This document shows positions 8,507 to 16,452 of a stretch of DNA of 20,000 bases, piece after piece (the first letter of the stretch is position 1; each line of letters starts with the position of its first letter). The notes beneath the pieces are model-generated. The model ran no database searches, was not told the DNA's origin, and worked only from the letters and a program-made list of their open reading frames with translations. The DNA comes from Actinomycetales bacterium. GTDB taxonomy: Bacteria > Actinomycetota > Actinomycetes > Actinomycetales > CAVURS01. The position numbers and the translations under genes are program-made. The stretch lies in assembly GCA_045807245.1 (NCBI GenBank), contig JBJMHS010000078.1:122450-142449 (forward strand). Direction: 5' to 3'.

Positions 8507-8585
8507 CGGGGTACGGCCCAGCCCCAACATCTGGCACCACCCGCAGACCTACGAGATCGAGAACCGGGCGGTCGACCCGGACGGG

Positions 8586-9188
8586 GTGGTCGACGCCGAG
8601 ATGGCCCGTATCAGGGACTGGGCGGGCGCGACGGTGCTCGACGTCGGCTGCGGCACCGGCTACCACCTGCCCCGCCTGGCCGACCGGGCCCTGCGCGTGT
8701 ACGGCGTCGAGCCGCACCGGCCGCTCCTGGAGCGGGCCCGGCGCCGTACCGCGGCGTTGCCCAACGTCCGGGTGCTGCCCGGCAGCGCACAACGGGTCCC
8801 CTTGCCGGACGCCAGCATCGACGTGGCCATGGCTCGGTGGGCCTACTTCTTCGGGCCCGGCGCCGAACCGGGCCTGAGCGAGCTCGACCGGCTGGTGCGA
8901 CGTGGCGGCGCGGCGTTCGTCGTCGATGTCGACCCCACCCGGTCGACCTTCGGCTCCTGGTTCCGGCAATGGCTGCCGTCGTACGACTCTGTTGCTGTAC
9001 AACGGTTTTGGGCCGTCCATGGCTGGTCACGGACGTCCCTCGACCTGCGTTGGCGGTTTCAGACCCGAGCCGATCTCGAGGCCGTGGTCCGGATCGAGCT
9101 GCCTCCTGTGGTGGCGGACCGGGCGCTGGCTGACCACGTCGGGCTGGAGGTCGACTACGCAGCGAACCTCTGGTGGCGGCGGTACTGA
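8586..9188 (+). CDS. Class I SAM-dependent methyltransferase
   Basis: Motif I VLDVGCGTG, YGVEP, LPDASIDVAMARWAYFF. The first canonical start is GTG 8586, but in-frame coding-like sequence (RPSPNIWHHPQTYEIENRAVDPDG) extends back to about 8499. Confidence 0.9.
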   Translation: MVDAEMARIRDWAGATVLDVGCGTGYHLPRLADRALRVYGVEPHRPLLERARRRTAALPNVRVLPGSAQRVPLPDASIDVAMARWAYFFGPGAEPGLSELDRLVRRGGAAFVVDVDPTRSTFGSWFRQWLPSYDSVAVQRFWAVHGWSRTSLDLRWRFQTRADLEAVVRIELPPVVADRALADHVGLEVDYAANLWWRRY

Positions 9189-9205
9189 CCACTAGCCTCG
9201 GCGGC

Positions 9206-10591
9206 GTGATCAACGGGGACGTCTCGTTCTGGTGGCACAGCATCGGGCTGCCGACCCCCGGCCCGGCCCTGCCGGGGGACCGAGATGCGGATGTCTGCAT
9301 CGTCGGAGGTGGCTACACCGGTCTCTGGACGGCGTACTACCTGAAGCGCGCCGACCCGTCCCTGCGGATCCTGGTGCTGGAGGCGCGGTTCTGCGGGTAC
9401 GGCGCCAGCGGCCGCAACGGCGGCTGGGTCACGTCGTCTCTGGCCGGGACGCGGCGCCGCTACGCCGAGACGCACGGCCACGACGGCGTCGTCGCGCTCC
9501 AGCACGCCATGAAGGACACCGTGGACGAGGTGATCCGGGTCTGCGCCGCCGAGGGGATCCACGCGGACGTGGTCAAGGGGGGCGAGCTGAGCGTCGCCGT
9601 CAACCAGGCCCAGCTCAGCCGGCTGCACGCTGACGTCGCCGACGCCCACGAGTGGGGCGAGCCGGACTACCGGCTGCTCGACCTCGACGACGCCCGCGAG
9701 CGGCTCGACGTCGCTCATCTGGTCGGCGCCGCGTGGAGCCCGCACTGCGCCCGCATCCAGCCGGCCAAGCTCGCGCGTGGTCTGGCCGGCGTCGTCCAGG
9801 GCCTCGGCGTCGAGGTGTTCGAGTCCACCCCTGTCCTTCGCATCGAGCCCGCGTCCGGCTCGCGTAGCGCGCGCGCGGTGACCGGGTCGGGCACGGTGCG
9901 CGCGGCGTACGTCCTGCGGGCCACGGAAGGGTTCACCGCCGGTCTGCCCGGGGAACGCCGTACCTGGCTGCCGATGAACTCCAGCCTGATCGCGACCGCC
10001 CCCTTGCCCGCCTCGGTCTGGGACGAGGTCGGCTGGGCGGCGTACGAGACGCTCGGCGACCAGGCGCACGCCTACATGTACGCGCAACGGACCGCCGACG
10101 ACCGCATCGCCATCGGTGGCCGCGGTGTGCCCTACCGGTACGGCTCGCGGACCGACCATGACGGTGTCACCCACGCCTCGACAGTTGCCGCACTGCAAGA
10201 GATCCTGCATCGCCTGTTGCCGGCGACATCGGAGGCGCGGATCGACCATGCCTGGTCGGGCGTGCTCGCCGTCCCGCGCGACTGGTGTTCGACGGCCGGC
10301 GTGGACCGACGGACCGGTCTGGGTTGGGCCGGCGGCTACGTCGGGCACGGAGTGGCCACGACGAACCTCGCCGGCCGCACCCTGCGTGATCTCGTCCTGG
10401 GCATCCCGACCGAGCTCACCGCCTTGCCCTGGGTCGGCCGCACCGTGCGCAAGTGGGAGCCGGAGCCACTGCGGTGGATCGGCGTCCAGACGTTGTACGC
10501 GGCGTATCGCGCCGCCGACCGGCGCGAGCAGCGCGGCGGCCCGACGGCTCGGCTGGCTCGCCTGGCCGACCGCATCTCCGCGCGTACCTGA
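9206..10591 (+). CDS. FAD-dependent oxidoreductase, DadA/PuuB(OrdL)-like
   Basis: Motifs DVCIVGGGYTGLWTA (FAD binding), GASGRNGG, IQPAKL, HAWSG and GYVGHGV. Start GTG 9206 (MINGDVSFWW) lies 7 nt after a TAGCCT -10 at 9193-9198. Confidence 0.9.
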   Translation: MINGDVSFWWHSIGLPTPGPALPGDRDADVCIVGGGYTGLWTAYYLKRADPSLRILVLEARFCGYGASGRNGGWVTSSLAGTRRRYAETHGHDGVVALQHAMKDTVDEVIRVCAAEGIHADVVKGGELSVAVNQAQLSRLHADVADAHEWGEPDYRLLDLDDARERLDVAHLVGAAWSPHCARIQPAKLARGLAGVVQGLGVEVFESTPVLRIEPASGSRSARAVTGSGTVRAAYVLRATEGFTAGLPGERRTWLPMNSSLIATAPLPASVWDEVGWAAYETLGDQAHAYMYAQRTADDRIAIGGRGVPYRYGSRTDHDGVTHASTVAALQEILHRLLPATSEARIDHAWSGVLAVPRDWCSTAGVDRRTGLGWAGGYVGHGVATTNLAGRTLRDLVLGIPTELTALPWVGRTVRKWEPEPLRWIGVQTLYAAYRAADRREQRGGPTARLARLADRISART

Positions 10592-10646
10592 GGCAGCGAC
10601 GGACCGGGTGCGTGCACGGCGCAGGTTCAGGGGCAAGGATGGGCCT

Positions 10647-11033
10647 ATGAGCACCGCGGAGCCTCAGGCCGGCCACGACCACCCGGACGCGCCCTTCCAC
10701 GACGAGCACGGTGACCGCGAGGTCGCGCCGATCCGGCCGTTCAAGCGCCCGCAGCCGATCGACGTCATCAGCGTCATCCTGATCGGCGGCTCGCTGGTGC
10801 TCGCCGTCGCGATCCCGGGCCTGATCGTGTCGCCGACGGCCAAGACCGCCGCGGGCGACAAGCTCGGCCTGGCCTTCGCCGTCACGTGCGTCGGCATCCT
10901 GATCGCCGTGGTGACCGGCATCCTCCAGTACCGCCGCACGGGCAACTGGGTCTGGTTCCTGGTGGCCGCCACCCCAGCGGTCGCCGTGTTCTGCAGCGGC
11001 GCGATCTTCGCCGCCACCAAGGCTGTCGCCTGA
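10647..11033 (+). CDS. Small membrane protein of unknown function (about 3 TM helices)
   Basis: ATG 10647 with AAGGAT 6 nt upstream. An acidic, His-rich N-tail is followed by three hydrophobic segments, and codon usage is GC3-rich. Confidence 0.75.
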   Translation: MSTAEPQAGHDHPDAPFHDEHGDREVAPIRPFKRPQPIDVISVILIGGSLVLAVAIPGLIVSPTAKTAAGDKLGLAFAVTCVGILIAVVTGILQYRRTGNWVWFLVAATPAVAVFCSGAIFAATKAVA

Positions 11034-11084
11034 CCTCGGGATCACCCGACCAGGAATCCACACCCGGGCCCTGCCTCCCGGGGG

Positions 11085-11107
11085 TTGTCGGCCCCGGGCT
11101 CTACGGT
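11085..11107 (+). promoter_or_regulatory. RecA-NDp / PafBC-dependent DNA-damage promoter
   Basis: tTGTCGG (11085-11091), exactly 10 nt, then TACGGT (11102-11107), then 7 nt to the radA ATG. This matches the consensus TGTCGG-N10-TANNNT. Confidence 0.85.
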
Positions 11108-11114
11108 CTCGGTC

Positions 11115-12542
11115 ATGAGTTCGAATTCGGTACGCCGAGCAGCCACCCCTCTCGCCAAGGCCGGTGCCCGCCCGGCGTACCGGTGCGCCGAGTGCGGCTG
11201 GACGACGGGCAAGTGGGTCGGCCGGTGCGGCGAGTGCCACGCCTGGGGCGCGGTCGAGGAGGTCGGCGCGGTCCGCGTGCGGACGACGGCTGCGGGCCCG
11301 GTGAGCGCTCCGGCCAAGCCCATCCTCGAGGTCGACGTGGAGCTGGCGGCGTCCACGGCCACCGGCGTCGGTGAGTTCGACCGAGTCCTCGGCGGGGGCC
11401 TGGTCCCGGGTGCCGTCGTCCTGGTCGCCGGCGAGCCCGGCATCGGCAAGTCGACCCTGCTGCTCGACGTCGCGGCCCGGGCCGCGCGCGACGGGCGCAG
11501 GGTCCTGTATGTGACGGGCGAGGAGTCGGCGGCGCAGGTCCGCCTGCGGGCGGAGCGCATCGAGGCGGTCGCGCGCTCACTCTTCATCGCGGCCGAGACC
11601 GACCTGGCCGCCGTCCTCGGGCACATCGACGCCGTGCAGCCACAGCTCGTCGTGATCGACTCCGTGCAGACCATCGCCTCCGCCGAGCTGGACGGCGCGG
11701 CGGGCAACGTGACCCAGACCCGCGAGGTCGCGGGCGCCCTGATCGCCGTGGCGAAGACGCGGGCGATCCCGGTCCTGCTGGTCGGCCACGTCACCAAGGA
11801 CGGCTCCATCGCGGGACCACGCACGCTCGAGCATCTGGTCGACGTCGTGATCGCTTTCGAGGGCGAGCGGCACTCCCGGCTGCGGCTGGTGCGCGCAGTG
11901 AAGAACCGGTACGGGCCCACCGACGAGGTCGGGTGCTTCGACCTGTCCGATGCCGGGCTGATCGGGCTGCCGGACCCGAGTGGGCTGTTCCTCAGCCGCC
12001 GTGACGAGGCGGTCCCCGGCACCTGTCTCACCATCACCCTGGAGGGCCGGCGGCCGCTGGTCGCCGAGGTGCAGAGCCTGGTCACCAAGATCGACGGCCA
12101 GAGCACGGGCGCCCCGAGACGAGCGACGAGCGGCATCGACAACGGGCGGCTCGTGATGATCCTGGCCGTGCTGGAACGCCGGGTGAGGCTGGCCGACGTG
12201 CGGCGCTCCGACGTGCACGTCGCGACGGTCGGCGGGGTGCGCCTCACCGAGCCGGCCGCTGACCTGGCGGTGGCCGTGGCGATCGCCAGCGCGACGGCCG
12301 ATCTCGCCCTGGCGGCGGGCACCGTGGCGTTCGGCGAGGTCGGGCTGGCCGGCGAGGTGCGTCCGGTCAGCGGGGCCGGCCGGCGACTCTCGGAGGCGTC
12401 CCGGCTGGGTTTCACCCAGGCGATCGTGCCGCCCGGCACGCTCGGCACACCCGGGCTGCCGGAGGCGATGCGGATCGTGGAGGCGCCGGACCTCAGCCGG
12501 GCCGTCCACCTCGCGAACATGCTCAGTAGCCCGGCCCGATGA
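11115..12542 (+). CDS. radA: DNA repair protein RadA/Sms
   Basis: Zn finger CAECG..KWVGRCGEC, Walker A GEPGIGKS, VIDSVQ, GHVTKDG.IAGPR.LEHLVD, KNRYG and a Lon-like C-terminal GEVGLAGE. Start placed at ATG 11115. Confidence 0.97.
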   Translation: MSSNSVRRAATPLAKAGARPAYRCAECGWTTGKWVGRCGECHAWGAVEEVGAVRVRTTAAGPVSAPAKPILEVDVELAASTATGVGEFDRVLGGGLVPGAVVLVAGEPGIGKSTLLLDVAARAARDGRRVLYVTGEESAAQVRLRAERIEAVARSLFIAAETDLAAVLGHIDAVQPQLVVIDSVQTIASAELDGAAGNVTQTREVAGALIAVAKTRAIPVLLVGHVTKDGSIAGPRTLEHLVDVVIAFEGERHSRLRLVRAVKNRYGPTDEVGCFDLSDAGLIGLPDPSGLFLSRRDEAVPGTCLTITLEGRRPLVAEVQSLVTKIDGQSTGAPRRATSGIDNGRLVMILAVLERRVRLADVRRSDVHVATVGGVRLTEPAADLAVAVAIASATADLALAAGTVAFGEVGLAGEVRPVSGAGRRLSEASRLGFTQAIVPPGTLGTPGLPEAMRIVEAPDLSRAVHLANMLSSPAR

Positions 12543-12576
12543 GCCGAAGGGCCCCACACGCTCGGGAACCGCCGGT

Positions 12577-12582
12577 TACACT
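12577..12582 (+). promoter_or_regulatory. -10 element TACACT upstream of disA
   Basis: GGTTACACT in the 99-nt radA-disA gap, about 60 nt before the ATG, which has a GGGGAG RBS. Confidence 0.5.
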
Positions 12583-12641
12583 GCGCCCACGAAACAACCC
12601 GGTCGGACGAACGAGCCGCAACGGTTCTACGTGGGGAGAGC

Positions 12642-13724
12642 ATGGCCGTCGAGCGCTCTGAGGACGAGCTCATGCGCGGCACCCTCGCAGCCGTGGCTCC
12701 CGGGACGGAGTTGCGCGACGGCTTGGAGCGGATCCTGCGCGGCAACACCGGCGCGCTGATCGTGCTCGGCCACGACAAGACGGTCGAGAGTCTGTGCACC
12801 GGCGGCTTCCCGCTGGACGTCGAGTTCGCCGCCACCCGGCTGCGCGAGCTGGCCAAGATGGACGGCGCGATCGTGGTCGACCGCGACGTGACCCGCATCG
12901 TCCGCGCGGCCACGCAGCTCGTGCCGGACCCGTCGATCGAGACCACGGAGTCCGGCACCCGGCACCGCACCGCTGAGCGGGTGGCCCGGCAGACCGGCCT
13001 GCCGGTCATCTCGGTCAGCCAGTCGATGCGGATCATCGCCTTGTACGTCGGCAACCAGCGCCGGGTCATCGAGGACTCGGCCGCCATCCTGTCCCGGGCG
13101 AACCAGGCGCTGGCCACCCTGGAGCGCTACAAGCTGCGCCTGGACGAGGTCACCGGCACGCTGTCCGCACTCGAGATCGAGGACCTGGTCACCGTCCGGG
13201 ACGTGGCGGCGGTACTCCAGCGGCTGGAGATGGTGCGCCGGATCAGCGAGGAGATCGCCGGCTACGTCGTCGAGCTCGGCACCGACGGCCGCCTGCTGAC
13301 CCTGCAGCTCGACGAGCTGACCGGTGGCGTCGGCAACGACCGCGAGCTGGTCGTCCGCGACTACCTGGCGGCGGCCAAGAGCGCACACTCGCTGGACGAC
13401 GTCCTCACCGAGCTCGGCCACCTGTCCGCCACGGACCTGCTCGACCTCAGCGCGGGTGCCCGCGCCCTGGGGTTCCAGGTCGTCGGGGACGCGCTGGACG
13501 CGGCGGTCAGCCCGAAGGGGTACCGCCTGCTGTCCAAGGTGCCCCGCCTGCCCGGGGCCATCGTCGAGCGCCTGGTCGACCACTTCGGCAGTCTGCAGAA
13601 GCTGCTGGCTGCGGGCGTCGAGGACCTCATGGCCGTCGAGGGCGTCGGCGACGGCCGGGCGCGCACGGTGCGCGAGGGGCTGTCGCGGTTGGCCGAGTCC
13701 AGCATCCTGGAGCGCTACGTCTAG
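12642..13724 (+). CDS. disA: DNA integrity scanning diadenylate cyclase DisA
   Basis: [13 protein letters not shown], the DAC motifs MDGA and GTRHRTAER, and a C-terminal HhH VEGVG..RA. Directly follows radA. Confidence 0.97.
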   Translation: MAVERSEDELMRGTLAAVAPGTELRDGLERILRGNTGALIVLGHDKTVESLCTGGFPLDVEFAATRLRELAKMDGAIVVDRDVTRIVRAATQLVPDPSIETTESGTRHRTAERVARQTGLPVISVSQSMRIIALYVGNQRRVIEDSAAILSRANQALATLERYKLRLDEVTGTLSALEIEDLVTVRDVAAVLQRLEMVRRISEEIAGYVVELGTDGRLLTLQLDELTGGVGNDRELVVRDYLAAAKSAHSLDDVLTELGHLSATDLLDLSAGARALGFQVVGDALDAAVSPKGYRLLSKVPRLPGAIVERLVDHFGSLQKLLAAGVEDLMAVEGVGDGRARTVREGLSRLAESSILERYV

Positions 13725-13749
13725 CGAAGGCCGCCCGCTCGCCGGGCCG

Positions 13750-14613
13750 TTGCTGCACTGGTACCGCACGAGCGCCCGTGACCTGCCCTGGCGGGCCCCG
13801 GACGCAACTCCGTGGGGCGTCCTGGTCAGTGAGGTCATGCTGCAGCAGACGCCGGTCGGTCGGGTGCTGCCGGTCTGGGCCGAGTGGCTGCAGCGCTGGC
13901 CCGACCCCGGCGTACTGGCGGCCGCGGCAGCCGGGGACGCGATCCGGCACTGGGGTCGGCTGGGCTATCCCCGCCGGGCTCTGCGCCTGCACCAGGCCGC
14001 CACCCAGATGGTCGACCGCCACGGCGGCCGCGTGCCGTCGTCGTACGAGGATCTCCTTGCGCTGCAAGGGATCGGGAGCTACACGGCAGCGGCCGTCGCG
14101 AGCTTCGCGTTCGGCGCCCGGTACGCCGTCGTGGACACGAACGTACGGCGCGTGCAGGCCCGCGCGGTCACTGGCGAGGCGCTCGCGGCGCCGGTGCTCA
14201 CGTCGGCCGAGCAGCGGTTGGCTGAGCGGCTGCTCCCCGAGGACGACGGCGAGGTCGCCCGCTGGAACGTCGCCGTCATGGAGCTCGGTGCGCTGCTCTG
14301 CACCGCCCGGGCGCCCCGCTGCACCGGGTGCCCGCTGCGCTCGCGGTGCGCGTGGGTGCAGGCGGGAGCACCGGCGTACCACGGCCCTCCTCGGCGCAAC
14401 CAGTCCTGGCAGGGCACCGATCGGCAGGTCCGCGGACGGCTGCTGGCCGCTCTGCGTACGGCCACGGCGCCGGTGGACGGCTGCGAGCTGCGGCACGCCG
14501 CCCGCTCGGGCTCGCCCGCGGACGAGGGCCAGCTGCGGCGTTGCCTCGACAGCCTGGTGGCCGATGGCCTGGTCGAGGCGCTCCCTGGCGCGAGCTACCG
14601 GCTGCCGGCGTGA
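13750..14613 (+). CDS. mutY: A/G-specific adenine glycosylase (short actinobacterial form)
   Basis: Motifs WY...RDLPWR, VSEVMLQQT, WGRLGYPRRA, GIGSYTA, VDTNVRRV and MELGA, plus the 4Fe-4S loop C-X6-C-X2-C-X5-C. The start is uncertain (TTG 13750 or upstream). Confidence 0.95.
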   Translation: MLHWYRTSARDLPWRAPDATPWGVLVSEVMLQQTPVGRVLPVWAEWLQRWPDPGVLAAAAAGDAIRHWGRLGYPRRALRLHQAATQMVDRHGGRVPSSYEDLLALQGIGSYTAAAVASFAFGARYAVVDTNVRRVQARAVTGEALAAPVLTSAEQRLAERLLPEDDGEVARWNVAVMELGALLCTARAPRCTGCPLRSRCAWVQAGAPAYHGPPRRNQSWQGTDRQVRGRLLAALRTATAPVDGCELRHAARSGSPADEGQLRRCLDSLVADGLVEALPGASYRLPA

Positions 14614-14739
14614 AGCCGGCCACAGCCTGTCGCCACATCGGGCCCGCCATCACGCAGCGTGGACCAGGTCCGACCGCTCGGCCACCAAATGCGGCCGGAG
14701 GGGTGTGCTACCGGCGAACGGTTCTGAGACGATGCGGGA

Positions 14740-16452
14740 ATGGATGCGGCACAGATGGGCGGTGACCTGCGCACCGCCGGGGCCGACGACAGCGGCCCCA
14801 CGGCGGGTGCGCCGCAGCCGCAGCCGCCACCGCCGCCTCTGCCGGCTCCCCCGGCTCCGCCGGCAGCAGCAAGCCCGGGTGGGACGCCCAGCTCGGACGC
14901 CGCGGCCGACCTGCTCGAGCGGGCCCAGCAGTTCGCGGACCAGATCCGCGCCGACGCCGAGGCCGAGACCAAGGCGATGCGCCTGCAGGCAGCCCGCGCG
15001 CTGGACGAGGCTCGACGGCGCAACGCACTGGCCGAGTCGCTGCTCGGAGATGCCCAGGAAGAGGCCAAACAGCTCATCTCGGACGCCGCCGAGCAGGCTC
15101 ACCTGGTTTCCGAGGCGACCAACACCTCCGCCCAGCAGCTGAGCAGCAAGGTCGAGCAGGACGCACGGTCGATTCGCGAGCTGGCCCAGCAGGACGCCGA
15201 GCGGCTGCGCCAGCAGGCGCAGGCCGAGCTGGCCGGTGCGACGGCCCGCGTGGAGAAGCTCCTGGCCGAGGCGACGGCCCGGGCCGAGCAGCGGATCTCC
15301 AAGGCCGAGCAGGAGGCCGACGCGCATCTGCTGTCCGCCCGGCAGGAGGCGGAGCGGCACCGGTCCACCACCGGCGAGCAGGCGGAGCAGATCACGCAGG
15401 AGGCCAGCGCGCGGGCGGAGGCATTGGTGGCCGAGGCCCAGGCCCACGTGGCGCAGGCGAAGGCCGAGGCCGACGAGGAGCGTGGGCGGGCCGCCCGGGC
15501 CGCCGAGGACATCGTCGCGCAGGCCCGCGCGGACGCCGAGCGGGAGATGGCCACGGCCGCGGAGCACGTGCGCTGGACGACGCAGACCATGGACTCGCTG
15601 TTGGTCGCCGCCGAGACCGAGGCGGCGCGGACCCGTGCGACCAGCCATGCCGAGGCCACCCGCGTGCTGCGCGAACGCCGTACCCGCATCCAGACCCTGA
15701 CCAGCACCAGCGCCGCGAAGGCGCGGGAGCGGTTGGCGCAGGCACACGCCGAGGCCGCGGCCCTGCGCGGCACGGCGGAGAAGGAGATGGAGCGGGCCCG
15801 CGCCGACGCCCAGGCGCACCGCGAGGACGTCGAAGCATCCATGGCGACCGCCGCCGAGCTGGCCGAACAGGAGCGCGACGCCAAGCTGGCCCGGGCCCAG
15901 CGCCGGCTGGACGAGTCGGAAGCCGGAGCGAAGGCGCTGCGACAGCGGGTCGCCGACGAGGTGGCGTCCGCTCAGAGCCAGGCGCTCGAGCTGCGCCGTA
16001 CGTCTCGCGACGAGGCGACCCGGCTGGTGGCGGACGCGCGGGCCGAGGCCGACCACCTGCGCCAGCAGGCCCGGGCCATGCTCGAGTCGGCCCGCCGCGA
16101 GGTGGCGTCGCTCATCGAACGCCGCAAGAGCATCACGTCCGAGCTGGGCCACCTGTCCGGGGTCATCGACGCCCTGGCGGTCTCCGAGCACGGTGACGAC
16201 GACACGGCCGTCGACGACGACGGTGCATCGACGGCATTCAAGCCCGAGCACGACGGTGCCGAGAGTGAGACGGGTGTCGCCCGAACGGAGCAACCGCAGG
16301 ACGCCGGCCAGCTCGCCGGCGAGCCCACCGACCAGCCGACCGGCGAGCCCACCGACCAGCTCGAAGCCGAACCCGAAGCCCAGCCCGAAGCCCCGCACGA
16401 CGACGAGCACGAGCAGCCTGACCAGGCCGCCGAGATGACGAGGAACTCATGA
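14740..16452 (+). CDS. Scy-like long coiled-coil protein
   Basis: A Pro-rich head, an Ala/Glu/Arg/Gln coiled-coil rod, the end motif RRKSITSELGHLSGVIDALA resembling the Scy C-terminal coil, and an acidic tail. Coupled to the downstream FilP-like gene. Confidence 0.7.
   Translation: MDAAQMGGDLRTAGADDSGPTAGAPQPQPPPPPLPAPPAPPAAASPGGTPSSDAAADLLERAQQFADQIRADAEAETKAMRLQAARALDEARRRNALAESLLGDAQEEAKQLISDAAEQAHLVSEATNTSAQQLSSKVEQDARSIRELAQQDAERLRQQAQAELAGATARVEKLLAEATARAEQRISKAEQEADAHLLSARQEAERHRSTTGEQAEQITQEASARAEALVAEAQAHVAQAKAEADEERGRAARAAEDIVAQARADAEREMATAAEHVRWTTQTMDSLLVAAETEAARTRATSHAEATRVLRERRTRIQTLTSTSAAKARERLAQAHAEAAALRGTAEKEMERARADAQAHREDVEASMATAAELAEQERDAKLARAQRRLDESEAGAKALRQRVADEVASAQSQALELRRTSRDEATRLVADARAEADHLRQQARAMLESARREVASLIERRKSITSELGHLSGVIDALAVSEHGDDDTAVDDDGASTAFKPEHDGAESETGVARTEQPQDAGQLAGEPTDQPTGEPTDQLEAEPEAQPEAPHDDEHEQPDQAAEMTRNS
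16316..16360 (+). repeat. Intragenic tandem duplication, period 24 nt (GEPTDQ x2)
   Basis: CCGGCGAGCCCACCGACCAGC occurs at 16316-16336 and 16340-16360. Confidence 0.8.

Noticed and set aside
10116..10646. Upstream extension of the membrane protein ORF
   Set aside because: It overlaps the oxidoreductase out of frame; a plausible start is ATG 10647.
9155..10654. 499-aa antisense ORF over the FAD oxidoreductase
   Set aside because: Shadow frame with no recognisable domain.
11042..13117. 691-aa antisense ORF over radA/disA
   Set aside because: Shadow ORF caused by high-GC codon bias. It is Ser/Arg-rich with no motifs, and the opposite strand carries clear conserved genes.
13324..13716. Long N-terminal extension of mutY in the ORF track
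   Set aside because: It overlaps disA out of frame with low-complexity Ser/Arg/Trp sequence, and MutY homology begins only near 13750.
13750..14613. MutY lacking the C-terminal NUDIX-like domain as a possible truncation
   Set aside because: Short MutY of about 290-300 aa with this type of C-terminus is the normal actinobacterial form.
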